From Candidatus Omnitrophota bacterium (lineage in GTDB: Bacteria; Omnitrophota; Gorgyraeia; Gygaellales; Gygaellaceae), in contig JAGYNB010000001.1 of the NCBI GenBank assembly GCA_018400015.1, positions 6,815 through 70,814 on the forward strand: 64,000 nt of DNA, read 5' to 3'. Shown piece by piece: positions 27,601-40,611 of this stretch (its first letter is position 1; every line of letters begins with the position of its first letter). The notes under the pieces were generated by a model. That model was not told the origin of the DNA. It worked only from the letters and a program-made list of their open reading frames with translations, and did no database searches. The position numbers were made by a program, and so were the translations under genes.

Positions 27601-27824
27601 CTAACGTCAGCGAGGATATCGAAAACAAGAAAATCGATATTATTATAAATACTCCTATCGGCAGAGAAAGTAAATACGACGATAGCTATATCAGGAAATT
27701 AGCGATAAGGCACAAAATCCCATATATAACCACAACTGCCGCTGCTATTGCTGCAGTTAAAGGGATAGAGGATATCGCTAACGATAAAGCAGATATTAAG
27801 TGTCTACAGGATTATCATAGTTGA
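24630..27824 (+). CDS. carB: Carbamoyl-phosphate synthase large subunit
   Basis: 1064 aa. Duplicated ATP-grasp halves: [24 protein letters not shown] and [19 protein letters not shown]. C-terminal MGS-like domain. Confidence 0.95.
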   Translation: [1064 protein letters not shown]

Positions 27825-28225
27825 TGAACACAAAAAAAATTCAAATCAAAACAAAAACACAAACAGAATTTGTGGATATAACTAGAAACATTAAGGAATT
27901 TATATCCGCAAGCGGGGTCAAAGAGGGTATTTGTATTATCTATGTAGTGCATACCACAGCAGCGCTTACAATAAATGAAAATGCAGATCCTTTAGTTAAG
28001 AGAGATATTTTAAGAAAGCTGAATATGATTGTTCCTTGGGAGGATGGTTATGAGCATGCAGAAGGCAATTCTGCTGCGCACATCAAGTCTAGCATATTGG
28101 GCTTTTCGCAAAGCTTAATTATCGATAATCACGAGCTTATTTTGGGGACTTGGCAGGGGGTTTATTTTGCTGAGTTTGACGGACCAAGGACCAGAGAGGT
28201 ATTTGTTAAAATTATCGTAGGTTAA
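27821..28225 (+). CDS. yjbQ: YjbQ/UPF0047 family protein (secondary thiamine-phosphate synthase-like)
   Basis: TEFVDIT...VHTTAALTINENADP...HIKSSILG. 134 aa. Confidence 0.8.
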   Translation: MMNTKKIQIKTKTQTEFVDITRNIKEFISASGVKEGICIIYVVHTTAALTINENADPLVKRDILRKLNMIVPWEDGYEHAEGNSAAHIKSSILGFSQSLIIDNHELILGTWQGVYFAEFDGPRTREVFVKIIVG

Positions 28226-28228
28226 ATT

Positions 28229-29029
28229 ATGCCAGAGCTTCCGGAAGTCGAGACTATAAAAAGAGAATTAATGCAGCAGCTGGTAGATAAAAAAATCACT
28301 GCTGTTGTAGTAAACAATGCCAAGGTAATCAAGCAGCCCAGCAGAAGCGTTTTTATAAAAACCGTTAAAGGAAGTACTATTAAAAGAATCATAAGAAAAG
28401 GAAAGCTTCTGATATTTGGACTCAGTAACGGTAAGTTCTTGACAGTGCATTTAAGGATGACCGGTCAGTTTGTTTATCCTGGAGACGGTATAAAGTCAAG
28501 AGTTAGCTTTCGGCTTTCGAATAACAGATTATTGGATTATAAGGATCAACGATTGCTTGGAGAATTGCGCGTTGTGAAAAATTTCAACAATATTCCTTTT
28601 GTAAAAGAATTGGGCCCTGAGCCTTTTGATTTGACTGCCAGTAAATTTGAGAGTATGCTAACTAATAGAAAAACTAAGATAAAACCTCTTTTGATGGATC
28701 AAAAGTTTATTGCCGGAATTGGCAATCTTTATGCTGCAGAAGTTCTTTTTCGTGCACGTATTAGCCCGTTAAGATCGGCATTGAGTCTAAGTAAGAAAGA
28801 AAAGAGAAACCTTTTTAATGAGATTATAAAAACTTTAAAAGAGGCGATTCGCTGCAGAGGATCATCGATGGATCAATATATACAGCTTTCTGGTAAACCC
28901 GGAAGTTATGTTAAACACCATAAGGTTTATGATAAAAAAGGTAAACCCTGTATTGTATGTAATACTGCCATAAAAAGGATTTCTTTAGCCGGAAGAGGAA
29001 CTTATTTTTGCCCAAAATGCCAGAAATGA
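28229..29029 (+). CDS. mutM: Formamidopyrimidine-DNA glycosylase
   Basis: N-terminal MPELPEVE. C-terminal zinc finger CIVCNTAIKRISLAGRGTYFCPKCQ. Confidence 0.9.
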   Translation: MPELPEVETIKRELMQQLVDKKITAVVVNNAKVIKQPSRSVFIKTVKGSTIKRIIRKGKLLIFGLSNGKFLTVHLRMTGQFVYPGDGIKSRVSFRLSNNRLLDYKDQRLLGELRVVKNFNNIPFVKELGPEPFDLTASKFESMLTNRKTKIKPLLMDQKFIAGIGNLYAAEVLFRARISPLRSALSLSKKEKRNLFNEIIKTLKEAIRCRGSSMDQYIQLSGKPGSYVKHHKVYDKKGKPCIVCNTAIKRISLAGRGTYFCPKCQK

Positions 29030-29805
29030 AGATAATAAATAAAAAATACCGGGTTTTAGAGAATAAGAAAATTGCCAGCAATCGTTTCATGATGAAATTG
29101 GCGGTTTGTAAAAGTTTCTTAAAAATATGTAAGCCGGGTCAGTTTATTCATATAAAGGTATCGGATTCGTTGGATCCTTTCTTGAGAAGGCCGATAAGTA
29201 TACATAAAGTTAATGCCAGCAGTATTGATATAATCTACGATGTTAAAGGAAAAGGCACAACGATTTTATCAAGTAAAAAAAAGAATTCTTTTTTAGATAT
29301 AGTAGGTCCTTTAGGCAATGGTTTTAATTTAAATAATAATAAAAATAAAATTCCTAAGATTTTAATTGCCGGCGGTATGGGAGCTGCGCCGTTAGTATTT
29401 TTAGCCCAGAGATTTAAAAAACCAAAAGGTTTAGTATTGATCGGCGCAAGGACAAAAAAAGAAGTTGTTTGTAAACACGAGTTTAAGAAAATAGGTTGTA
29501 GTGTTAAAATCGCTACAGATGACGGCACAGAAGGAATCAAAGGTAGCGTTGTAGAACTTTTTAAGCGGGTAATAACTTCGGTTGAAAATAAGGCTAAGGT
29601 TGAAATATTTGCCTGTGGCCCAGAAGTTATGCTTAAATCGCTAAAGAATATTCTTAAGGCAAACAGACTCGATGCCCAAGTGTCGTTAGAGAATTTTATG
29701 GGTTGCGGTATAGGTGTATGTTTGGGGTGTGCGGTTAAGACAGAATCAGGTTACAAAAGAGTATGTAAAGACGGACCGGTTTTTAAATTAAGCGAGGTTT
29801 TTTAA
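29026..29805 (+). CDS. pyrK: Dihydroorotate dehydrogenase electron-transfer subunit
   Basis: FNR-like fold. C-terminal 2Fe-2S Cys cluster CGIGVCLGCAV. The start was trimmed to an ATG inside the longer TTG-initiated ORF. Confidence 0.85.
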   Translation: MKIINKKYRVLENKKIASNRFMMKLAVCKSFLKICKPGQFIHIKVSDSLDPFLRRPISIHKVNASSIDIIYDVKGKGTTILSSKKKNSFLDIVGPLGNGFNLNNNKNKIPKILIAGGMGAAPLVFLAQRFKKPKGLVLIGARTKKEVVCKHEFKKIGCSVKIATDDGTEGIKGSVVELFKRVITSVENKAKVEIFACGPEVMLKSLKNILKANRLDAQVSLENFMGCGIGVCLGCAVKTESGYKRVCKDGPVFKLSEVF

Positions 29806-29818
29806 AATAGGAGCAAAT

Positions 29819-30175
29819 ATGTATTTACTTTATATAGCTTTGGGTTTGGCAGCAGGAATTTTAAGCGGGATTTTAGGAATAGGCGGAGGCAGTATTCTTA
29901 TACCCGCGTTTGTTTTTTTACTTGGCATGACGCAACATCAGGCTCAAGGGACAACTCTTGCCTTGATGGTGCCTCCTATAGGGCTACTGGCAGCCATGCG
30001 TTATTATCAAAGCGGGAATGTAAAAATAAATGTGGCAATTTTTGTCTGTGTGGGTTTTTTTATCGGAGGGCTCATAGGGGCTATGTTTGTAGATAAAATT
30101 CCCGATGTAATGTTAAAAAGAGGGTTTGGAGCGTTTTTGTTATTTGTCGGTTTAAGGATGGTATTTGCGAAATAG
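29819..30175 (+). CDS. Half-size TSUP (TauE/SafE, DUF81) membrane protein
   Basis: 118-aa single 4-TM repeat with GILGIGGGSILIPA and a Gly-rich second helix. Confidence 0.55.
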   Translation: MYLLYIALGLAAGILSGILGIGGGSILIPAFVFLLGMTQHQAQGTTLALMVPPIGLLAAMRYYQSGNVKINVAIFVCVGFFIGGLIGAMFVDKIPDVMLKRGFGAFLLFVGLRMVFAK

Positions 30176-30176
30176 C

Positions 30177-31085
30177 ATGAACTCAAAAATCAAAATAGCA
30201 AAACTAGAATTAAGAAATCCTGTAGTGACTGCTTCAGGAACTTTTGGTTACGGCAAAGAATTTAGCGAAATAATAGATTTAAAAGATATCGGCGCAGTTA
30301 TTACTAAAACGATTACAGTTTATCCAAGAGAAGGTAATCCTGCTCCGAGAATCGTTGAAACTCCATCAGGGATGATTAATTCTATTGGTTTAGAAAATAA
30401 AGGGTTGGATGATTTTTTAAAAAATAAACTTTGTAGTTTAAAAAAATTTAAAACAAAAGTTATCGTAAGCATTGCCGGTTTTTGCAATGAAGATTTTATT
30501 GCTTTGTCTAAGGGCTTAAATGTCGCAGGCGTTGATGCTCTTGAGCTTAATCTGTCCTGCCCGAATCTAAATAAAAAAATAATCGCTCAGAATAAAAAGC
30601 TTACTTCTCAAGCGGTATATTTGGTGAGAAAATATTCCAAAAAAACCTTGATTGTAAAACTTTCTCCCAATGTCTCGGATATTGCTGAATTTGCTTCTGT
30701 CGCCGAAGACTGCGGGGCAGATGCGGTGTCTTTGGTGAATACTTTTTACGCCATGGCAATTGACATTGGAAGAAAAAAGCCTGCTCTTGGAAATATTATC
30801 GGTGGGCTAAGCGGCCCGGCAATTAAACCGATTGCCTTAAAGATGGTTTTTGACGTGTTTAAAAAAGTAAAGATTCCAATAATCGCTTCAGGCGGAATAG
30901 CGGATGTAAAAGATGCCTTGGAATTTATCATGGCCGGGGCAAGTGTGGTTTCAGCGGGAAGCATTAACTTTGTAAACACGACTTCTTGCGTTGAAATTGC
31001 AAAAGGAATAAACAGGTATCTAGACAAGAATAAAATAAAAACATTAAAACAAATAATCGGTTGCGCGCATGAAAAGAAAAACTAA
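30177..31085 (+). CDS. pyrD: Dihydroorotate dehydrogenase catalytic subunit (class 1B)
   Basis: LRNPVVTASGTFGYG...LSCPN...ASGGI. The start was trimmed to ATG 30177. Confidence 0.9.
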   Translation: MNSKIKIAKLELRNPVVTASGTFGYGKEFSEIIDLKDIGAVITKTITVYPREGNPAPRIVETPSGMINSIGLENKGLDDFLKNKLCSLKKFKTKVIVSIAGFCNEDFIALSKGLNVAGVDALELNLSCPNLNKKIIAQNKKLTSQAVYLVRKYSKKTLIVKLSPNVSDIAEFASVAEDCGADAVSLVNTFYAMAIDIGRKKPALGNIIGGLSGPAIKPIALKMVFDVFKKVKIPIIASGGIADVKDALEFIMAGASVVSAGSINFVNTTSCVEIAKGINRYLDKNKIKTLKQIIGCAHEKKN

Positions 31086-31767
31086 TCTCATTGTAGCCAT
31101 AGACGTAGACAGTTTTACAAAAGCCAAATATTTAGTTAGAAAACTTTATCCGTCAGTAAAAATATTTAAGGTAGGCTCGCATTTATTTACTAACTGCGGG
31201 CCAAAGATAATTAATTATATAAATTCATTGGGGGCGAAGGTATTTCTTGATTTAAAGTATTATGATATCCCTAGTGTTGTGGCTAGTGCCGTAAAGGAGG
31301 CCGCTAAATTAAAAGTTTTTATGGTTGACGTGCATGCTTCAGGCGGGAGCAGCATGATAAAAGAAGTTTTAAAAGCGACAAAGGGCATTAAAAATAGACC
31401 TATTATTTTAGGGGTTACTGTTTTAACCAGTTTTAATCAAAAAGAGTTAAACGAATTAGGCATATCGCGAAGTTTAAATAATCAGGTTTTGACTTTGGCT
31501 AAAAATGCGCTAAAATTAGGTATAGATGGCATTGTTTGCTCGCCTCATGAGATAAGTTTATTACGTAAAAAGCTCGGCAGAAAGTTTATTATTGTTAGTC
31601 CTGGAATAAGACCATGTAGTATGGGTGATGACCAAAAAAGATTTATGAGCCCTCAAGAGGCTGCCGTATTAGGAGCTGATTACATAGTTGTAGGAAGACC
31701 AATCATAAAAGCAATTGATCCTCAGGAAGAAGCAAAAATAATTATTCGCAGCATCAAAAATAAATGA
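31069..31767 (+). CDS. pyrF: Orotidine-5'-phosphate decarboxylase
   Basis: LIVAIDV...FKVG...FLDLKYYDIP motifs. Confidence 0.9.
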   Translation: MKRKTNLIVAIDVDSFTKAKYLVRKLYPSVKIFKVGSHLFTNCGPKIINYINSLGAKVFLDLKYYDIPSVVASAVKEAAKLKVFMVDVHASGGSSMIKEVLKATKGIKNRPIILGVTVLTSFNQKELNELGISRSLNNQVLTLAKNALKLGIDGIVCSPHEISLLRKKLGRKFIIVSPGIRPCSMGDDQKRFMSPQEAAVLGADYIVVGRPIIKAIDPQEEAKIIIRSIKNK

Positions 31768-32339
31768 AACATAACGAAATTATAAGTGTTTTTAAGAAAA
31801 CACAAGCATTGTTAAGCGGACATTTTTTACTTACAAGTGGTTTGCACAGCGCTAATTACGTTCAGTGTGCCAAGGTTTTGCAGTATCCTAAATACACACA
31901 AGTTTTATGTAATGAATTAGCGAAGAAGTTTAAACATAAGAAAATTGATGTTGTTGTTGGGCCTGCCTTAGGCGGAATAATTGTTGCTTATGAAGTTGCC
32001 CGCAGTTTAAATGTAAAAGGCATTTTTACCGAGAGAGACAAGACGGGAAGTATGTGTTTAAGGCGCGATTTTTCTATTGCCCCAAAAAGTAATGTTTTGG
32101 TGGTTGAAGACGTTGTTACAACTGCCGGCTCGGTTAAGGAAGTTGTTAAGTTGCTTAAAAAATTAAAGGTAAATGTGGTTGGCTTGGGGTGTCTAGTTGA
32201 CAGGACCAAGTCTAAACCAAAATTTGTTAAGTGTTTTAAATCTTTAGTAAGGTTAAAATTTCAGACATATAAATCTTCTAATTGCCCTCTCTGTAAAGAT
32301 TCTATTGCGCTTATTAAACCAGGTTCGAGGAAAATTTAA
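31764..32339 (+). CDS. pyrE: Orotate phosphoribosyltransferase
   Basis: PRPP-binding VLVVEDVVTTAGS. 191 aa. Confidence 0.9.
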   Translation: MKHNEIISVFKKTQALLSGHFLLTSGLHSANYVQCAKVLQYPKYTQVLCNELAKKFKHKKIDVVVGPALGGIIVAYEVARSLNVKGIFTERDKTGSMCLRRDFSIAPKSNVLVVEDVVTTAGSVKEVVKLLKKLKVNVVGLGCLVDRTKSKPKFVKCFKSLVRLKFQTYKSSNCPLCKDSIALIKPGSRKI

Positions 32340-32350
32340 GGAAACTTGCC

Positions 32351-32661
32351 ATGGACAGCAAAAAAGCATTAGACAATATTATTAAGGAAGAGAATGATTT
32401 TACACAAAAAATAGAATTTGCAAAACAAAAGGCAAAAGCGATTGTTAATAAAGCTCGTCAGGAAAAAGAGAATATCATCAAGGAAGCGTACTCGTTAGTA
32501 AAAAATGAATCAGAAAAATTACGTAAAAAGATTTCCGACGAGACGAAAATAGAAGCCGAGTTAATAAAAAAGAAAATAAACGATCGGATAAAGGACGTTG
32601 AGGAATCAGCCAAGAAGAACCTTAACAACGCAGTAAGTTTTATAAAAAATAAACTTCGCTA

Positions 32662-32662
<1 letters not shown>
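32351..32662 (+). CDS. V/A-type ATPase small coiled-coil stator subunit (G/H-like; NtpF position)
   Basis: 103-aa Lys/Glu-rich coiled coil at the head of the ntp-type operon. Confidence 0.5.
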
Positions 32663-35125
<2,463 letters not shown>

Positions 35126-35130
35126 TAATT

Positions 35131-35541
35131 ATGTCACTGGAAAACATAATCGCACATATTCAATCCGAATCAGATAAGGAAAAACAAGCTATTTTAGATC
35201 AGGCCAAGAAAGATGAGCAGTCTATCATTGAAGAGGCTTGGGCGCAGCGAGATGAGCTTTATAAAGATCTTTTTAAGAAAGAAGAAGAAAGTATTCTTGC
35301 TGAAAAGAAACGTGTAATCGTGAATGAAAGCATAGAAGGTAAAAAAAGGATATTGAAACGTAAGCAGGAATTGATTGATGCACTTTTTCAGCAAGTGGAA
35401 AATTCTTTGAAAAAAAGCGATTTGAAGAAAAAACAAGTGTTTAATGATAAAGAAATAGATGCGCAAGAAGATGTTACAGATTTCTTGAAAAGAATTAGGT
35501 TTGAGCTGGAGCCAGAGATCGTAAAAATTTTATTTTCTTAA
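35131..35541 (+). CDS. ntpE: V/A-type ATPase subunit E (short form)
   Basis: N-terminal E-subunit-like coiled coil. Only 136 aa. Confidence 0.55.
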   Translation: MSLENIIAHIQSESDKEKQAILDQAKKDEQSIIEEAWAQRDELYKDLFKKEEESILAEKKRVIVNESIEGKKRILKRKQELIDALFQQVENSLKKSDLKKKQVFNDKEIDAQEDVTDFLKRIRFELEPEIVKILFS

Positions 35542-35556
35542 AAATAAGGGGAGTAA

Positions 35557-35718
35557 ATGTTTGATTTTTCTAAGTTGTCAGATATGACAAAATTGGCGAA
35601 CGAAGCCAAAAATTTACAGAAACAACAAGAGGGAATGCAAAAAGAGCAAATTTCGCTTTTAAAAGATATCTCTCACAAGCTCGATAAGGTTATTAGTCTT
35701 TTGGAAAAAGATGAATAA
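35557..35718 (+). CDS. Small coiled-coil ORF (54 aa) between the E and C subunits
   Basis: Strong RBS AAGGGGAG 7 nt upstream of the ATG. Absent from the >=60-aa ORF track. Overlaps the start of the C-subunit gene. Confidence 0.3.
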   Translation: MFDFSKLSDMTKLANEAKNLQKQQEGMQKEQISLLKDISHKLDKVISLLEKDE

Positions 35719-36514
35719 ATCAGCTTCGATATACGAATATGCCTATGGTGTTGGCAAGGTAAGGGCTATGGAAAGGCACCTTATTAAAGATGAGGTTTTT
35801 ATGGAGTCTGTAAGTTTAGACCTAAAGGATGCTCTGCGTCTTTTCGCTGAAACCGGTATTTTTCAGGAAGGGCTAGGTAAAATCAATACCAGCGATGAAT
35901 TAGAAAAAGTTCTAAAAAATGAAAAAGAAAATTTAGATAATTTAGCCAGTAAGCTTTTGGTTGATAAAGAGCTCATATTTCTTCTTGACGCAACAGATTT
36001 AATCAGGGCAAAGAGAGTATCGCTTAGCTACAATTTCAAGCTGTTACAGGATTTTATTATGCATATGATCGATATGAACAATATTAAGACTTTCTTAAGA
36101 AATTTTGTTTTTAAAGACAGCTTGGATAAATTACGCAGCGTGATAACAGAGTCAGGTTTTATAAATAAAAATGATTTTTTTTCTGTTTATGACAAAGAGC
36201 TGTCTTTTTTCTTGGCCAAGCTCGAATTTGTACACAGGCGATATTCTATTGTCGACTACACTTTATTCTTGAAAGACGCCATAAAACTTATAGAGGAAAA
36301 AAAGTCTTTTATCGCATTGGAAAAAGCAATTGCCGGATTTTTGATTGAAGTGTTAAGGCCGGCTAAATATCTGTGTTTTGGTCCAGAAGCAATCCTGGCT
36401 TATTATTATGCCAGGATAAATGAAATAAATTTAGTTAGATTGATAGTTTTGGCTAAACTTAACGATTTAGACAATAGCATTATAAAACAAAGACTGAACA
36501 GAACATATGCCTGA
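35711..36514 (+). CDS. ntpC: V/A-type ATPase subunit C (d-type)
   Basis: Position in the operon and a helical ~267-aa protein. Confidence 0.65.
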   Translation: MNKSASIYEYAYGVGKVRAMERHLIKDEVFMESVSLDLKDALRLFAETGIFQEGLGKINTSDELEKVLKNEKENLDNLASKLLVDKELIFLLDATDLIRAKRVSLSYNFKLLQDFIMHMIDMNNIKTFLRNFVFKDSLDKLRSVITESGFINKNDFFSVYDKELSFFLAKLEFVHRRYSIVDYTLFLKDAIKLIEEKKSFIALEKAIAGFLIEVLRPAKYLCFGPEAILAYYYARINEINLVRLIVLAKLNDLDNSIIKQRLNRTYA

Positions 36515-36827
36515 TAAAATTATAGAAAATCATAATTTTGCTATTATTGGGAGAGAAGAGGCAGTTATTTCCTTTAAGGCAATAGGATTTGACACGTATC
36601 CAATTATAAACGATAAAAGCGTGAGAGATGCAATAAAAGAAATCGTTTCAAAAGCTATTAAGATTTGTTTGGTAGAAGAAAGTTTCTTTGTAGATAACAA
36701 AGATCTTTTTATTGATTTCAAAGAAAAGACATTTCCGATCTTTGTTCCTTTTTCTGTCAAAGAATCAAAAGGGTCAATGGAAGAGCTTGTTAAGGAAATA
36801 AGGCTTAAGGCAACAGGGAAAATCTAG
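36507..36827 (+). CDS. ntpG: V/A-type ATPase subunit F
   Basis: FAIIGREEAVISFKAIGFD motif. 106 aa. Confidence 0.75.
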   Translation: MPDKIIENHNFAIIGREEAVISFKAIGFDTYPIINDKSVRDAIKEIVSKAIKICLVEESFFVDNKDLFIDFKEKTFPIFVPFSVKESKGSMEELVKEIRLKATGKI

Positions 36828-36859
36828 TTAATGTTTACAGGTAAAATTAATAGGAGTAT

Positions 36860-38617
36860 TTGATGAGTAAGAAATCAAAGATTGTAAAAGTGGCCGGTCC
36901 TTTGGTTATTGCCTCAGGTTGTAGAGGCGCAAGGATGTTTGATTTGGTAAGGGTGTCTGATAAAAATTTGGTTGGTGAGATAATCGAACTTAAGTCAGAC
37001 AAGGCTTATATTCAGGTATATGAAGAAACAAGCGGTATCGGGCCGGGAGAAAATGTAGAGCTTATTAATAGCCCGTTAACTGTAGAATTGGGTCCGGGTC
37101 TTTTAGGTTCGATTTATGATGGAGTGCAAAGGCCTTTGGATAAAATAAGTTTAAAGTATGGAGATTTTATTCCTAGAGGCGTAGAGTTCAGTGCTTTGGA
37201 TTATGAGAAAAAATGGCATTTTAGACCGATTGCTAAAAAAGGCGATCACATTGGGCCAGGAGATATATTAGGAGAAGTAGATGAAACAGTTTTGATTAAG
37301 CATAAAATTATGGTTCCTGCTTCTGTGGAAGGTAAGATCGTTGAGATAGCAGAGGGAGATTTTAACATAAAAGAAAAAATTGCTTTGGTTAATAATAAAG
37401 ATAAAGATATTTCTATAAGTATGTCTTCTAAATGGCCTGTGAGAAATCCAAAGCCATTTAAGAAAAAGTTTTCGCCCAGCGTTCCTTTGACTACCGGTCA
37501 ACGGGTAATCGATACTTTCTTTCCGATGACAAAAGGAGGGACTGCCTGTATTCCCGGGCCATTTGGAGCAGGCAAAACCGTTACTATGCATGAGGTGGCT
37601 AAGTGGTCAGATGCAGATATTATTGTTTATATTGCCTGCGGAGAAAGAGGAAACGAATGCGCAGATCTTTTATTGAGTTTTCCAGAGTTAAAAGATCCGC
37701 GTACCGGAAGGCCTTTACTAGAGCGCACTGTGGTTATTGCTAACACATCGAACATGCCAGTTGCCGCAAGGGAAGCTTCAGTTTATACAGGGATAACCAT
37801 AGCCGAATATTACAGAGATATGGGTTATAATGTGGCAATAATGGCTGATTCTACATCGCGTTGGGCAGAGGCGTTACGTGAAATATCCGGTCGTCTTGAA
37901 GAAATGCCCGGAGAAGAAGGATACCCGGCGTATTTATCCAGTCGTTTAGCACAATTCTATGAAAGAGCGGGTTCTGTAGAGTGTTTGGGGTCGGATAGAA
38001 GAAAAGGCACTTTAAGCATTATGGGTGCGGTATCTCCTCCAGGTGGTGATTTGTCTGATCCGGTTGTCCAAGCAACCTTAAGAGTGGTTAAGGTTTTCTG
38101 GGGGTTGGATGAAAAGTTGGCCCATGCAAGACATTTTCCGGCGATAAACTGGCTGGAGAGCTATTCATTGTACCACGATAATTTAAGAGAATTTATTAAA
38201 AATAATATTTCTCAAGATCAGATTGATTTGAAAATAGAGGCTATGCGGTTATTGGGAGAGGAGAGTTCTCTTCTAGAAATTGCGCGTTTGGTAGGAATCG
38301 ATTCTTTGTCATTCGAAGATAGACTTATTCTGGAGGTAGCAAAGTCAATAAGAGAAGATTTTTTGCATCAAAACGCATTTCACGAAATCGATACATACAC
38401 CTCTTTAATTAAGCAGCACAGGATACTAAAAGTAATTATGCTATTTTTTTCCTTGGCGAAAACAAAATTAAAAGAGGGCATGTCTTTTGAAGAAATTTTA
38501 AAACTCGAAGCAAAGGAAAAGATAAGCAGACTTAAATATATTGAAGAAAGCAAATTAGAAGAATTTGATAATATCGAGAAAGAGCTTAAAGAAGCTTTTG
38601 GAAAGAGCAAGGAGTAG
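36860..38617 (+). CDS. ntpA: V/A-type ATPase catalytic subunit A
   Basis: Walker [10 protein letters not shown]. Non-homologous insert region. Confidence 0.95.
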   Translation: MMSKKSKIVKVAGPLVIASGCRGARMFDLVRVSDKNLVGEIIELKSDKAYIQVYEETSGIGPGENVELINSPLTVELGPGLLGSIYDGVQRPLDKISLKYGDFIPRGVEFSALDYEKKWHFRPIAKKGDHIGPGDILGEVDETVLIKHKIMVPASVEGKIVEIAEGDFNIKEKIALVNNKDKDISISMSSKWPVRNPKPFKKKFSPSVPLTTGQRVIDTFFPMTKGGTACIPGPFGAGKTVTMHEVAKWSDADIIVYIACGERGNECADLLLSFPELKDPRTGRPLLERTVVIANTSNMPVAAREASVYTGITIAEYYRDMGYNVAIMADSTSRWAEALREISGRLEEMPGEEGYPAYLSSRLAQFYERAGSVECLGSDRRKGTLSIMGAVSPPGGDLSDPVVQATLRVVKVFWGLDEKLAHARHFPAINWLESYSLYHDNLREFIKNNISQDQIDLKIEAMRLLGEESSLLEIARLVGIDSLSFEDRLILEVAKSIREDFLHQNAFHEIDTYTSLIKQHRILKVIMLFFSLAKTKLKEGMSFEEILKLEAKEKISRLKYIEESKLEEFDNIEKELKEAFGKSKE

Positions 38618-38623
38618 TTTTTT

Positions 38624-39994
38624 ATGCAAAAAGAATACTTAACGGTTAATTCAATATCAGGTCCTTTGGTTATTGTTGAAAAAACTAGGGATGTCAAATA
38701 TGCCGAACTTGTAGAGGTGGAGTTTTCAAATAATGAAATAAGACGAGGTAAAGTATTGGAGGTTCAGGAAGATAAAGCCTTAATACAGATGTTCGAGGGT
38801 ACTATTGGATTGGATGTGGAAAATTCTAAGGTTAGATTTTTAGGGCGCGTGCAGGAATTGGGGGTATCGAAGGATTTACTGGGAAGGATTTTTGACGGCG
38901 CAGGCAGGGCAAAAGATGAGGGCCCGGAGATTATTCCTGAAAAACGCCTAGATATAAACGGTAATTCGATTAATCCGTATACGAGAGATTACCCGTCAGA
39001 ATTTATTCAAACCGGGATCTCCACCATAGACTGTATGAATCCTTTAGTAAGAGGACAAAAGCTCCCTGTGTTTTCCGGAGCCGGGCTTCCTCATGCCAAA
39101 GTTAGTGCGCAAATTGCAAGGCAGGCCACAGTATTGGGCAAAAAAGATTCATTTGCGGTAGTTTTTGCTGCCATGGGTATTACTTTTGAAGAAGCAGATT
39201 TTTTTATGAAGGATTTTTATAAGACCGGGGCGATCGAGCGCAGCACTCTTTTTATCAATTTAGCCAATGACCCGGCGATTGAACGAATTTCAACCCCTCG
39301 CCTTGCATTGACCTGTGCTGAGTATCTGGCCTTTGATTTAGATATGCATGTTTTGGTAATTCTTATAGATATGTCTTTTTACTGCGAATCATTAAGAGAG
39401 GTTTCTGCTGCCAGAAAAGAGATTCCCGGTAGGCGCGGATATCCGGGGTATCTTTATACGGATCTAGCATCGCTTTATGAAAGAGCAGGGCGTATTAAAG
39501 GCAAGAAAGGTTCGATTACGCTTTTGCCTGTTTTGACCATGCCTGAAGACGACAAGACTCATCCCATACCGGATTTAACAGGGTATATTACCGAAGGGCA
39601 AATTATTATTTCACGAGAGCTTCATAGAAAAGGTATTTATCCGCCGGTAGATGTATTGCCCAGTTTGTCTCGTCTTAAAGATAAAGGAATCGGCAAGGGA
39701 AAAACCAGAGAAGATCATTCAGATGTATTAAATCAATTGTTTGCCTGTTATGCAAAAGGCAAAGAAGCAAGAGAGCTTTCCGTGATTTTAGGAGAAGCAG
39801 CGCTTTCCGATGTGGATAAAATCTATTTGCAGTTTGCCAATGAATTTGAGGAAAGTTTTGTCAAACAATCAGAGTACGAAAACCGTTCTATAGAAGAATC
39901 TCTTTCTATAGGTTGGAAATTATTGAATAAGCTTCCCTTGCAAGAACTCAAGAGGATCAGGGAAGAATATTTGGATAAATATTACAAGAAATGA
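38624..39994 (+). CDS. ntpB: V/A-type ATPase subunit B
   Basis: Typical B-subunit sequence ([21 protein letters not shown]). Confidence 0.95.
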   Translation: MQKEYLTVNSISGPLVIVEKTRDVKYAELVEVEFSNNEIRRGKVLEVQEDKALIQMFEGTIGLDVENSKVRFLGRVQELGVSKDLLGRIFDGAGRAKDEGPEIIPEKRLDINGNSINPYTRDYPSEFIQTGISTIDCMNPLVRGQKLPVFSGAGLPHAKVSAQIARQATVLGKKDSFAVVFAAMGITFEEADFFMKDFYKTGAIERSTLFINLANDPAIERISTPRLALTCAEYLAFDLDMHVLVILIDMSFYCESLREVSAARKEIPGRRGYPGYLYTDLASLYERAGRIKGKKGSITLLPVLTMPEDDKTHPIPDLTGYITEGQIIISRELHRKGIYPPVDVLPSLSRLKDKGIGKGKTREDHSDVLNQLFACYAKGKEARELSVILGEAALSDVDKIYLQFANEFEESFVKQSEYENRSIEESLSIGWKLLNKLPLQELKRIREEYLDKYYKK

Positions 39995-40611
39995 TTTTAA
40001 GGGTTAATCCTAACAGAATGGAGTTGTTGCGGCTTAGGAAACGTTTGGGCCTTGCTAAAAGAGGCCACAAGCTTTTGCAGGATAAGCTTGAAGAAATGAT
40101 GCGTAGATTTTTAATCTTTATAAAAGATTTCGATGAGATCAAAGACGAGTTTACAAAAAAAACTAAAATAATTTATAATGATTTTCTTTACTCAAGAATA
40201 AATTCCTCCAAAGACGCGTTTCTAGAAAGCCTTTCTAAAATAGACACAAAGATAGACGTAGATATTTCTTCACAGCGGATAATGAATGTTGAGGTGCCTG
40301 TTTTCAATCTTCAAAAAATCGATATTTCAAAAGAATACGATTATTTTACAACCAGTGCTCAATTAGATGTTGCGCTTGACTATTCAAAAGAGTATTTGAT
40401 TACTCTTTGTAGATTAGCATCAAGCATGAAGGCTTTGGAAATTCTTGCAATTGAAATAGAGCGCACCCGCAGGCGCGTAAATGCGTTAGAATATACGCTT
40501 ATCCCTTCAATCGAGGCTACCATTAGAAATATTACTCAAAAACTTAGCGAAATCGAACGAGGCAATCTTGTTAGGTTAATGAGAGTAAAAGACATCGTAA
40601 GAAGTCATTAA
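39991..40611 (+). CDS. ntpD: V/A-type ATPase subunit D
   Basis: [15 protein letters not shown]-terminus. 206 aa. Confidence 0.85.
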   Translation: MILRVNPNRMELLRLRKRLGLAKRGHKLLQDKLEEMMRRFLIFIKDFDEIKDEFTKKTKIIYNDFLYSRINSSKDAFLESLSKIDTKIDVDISSQRIMNVEVPVFNLQKIDISKEYDYFTTSAQLDVALDYSKEYLITLCRLASSMKALEILAIEIERTRRRVNALEYTLIPSIEATIRNITQKLSEIERGNLVRLMRVKDIVRSH

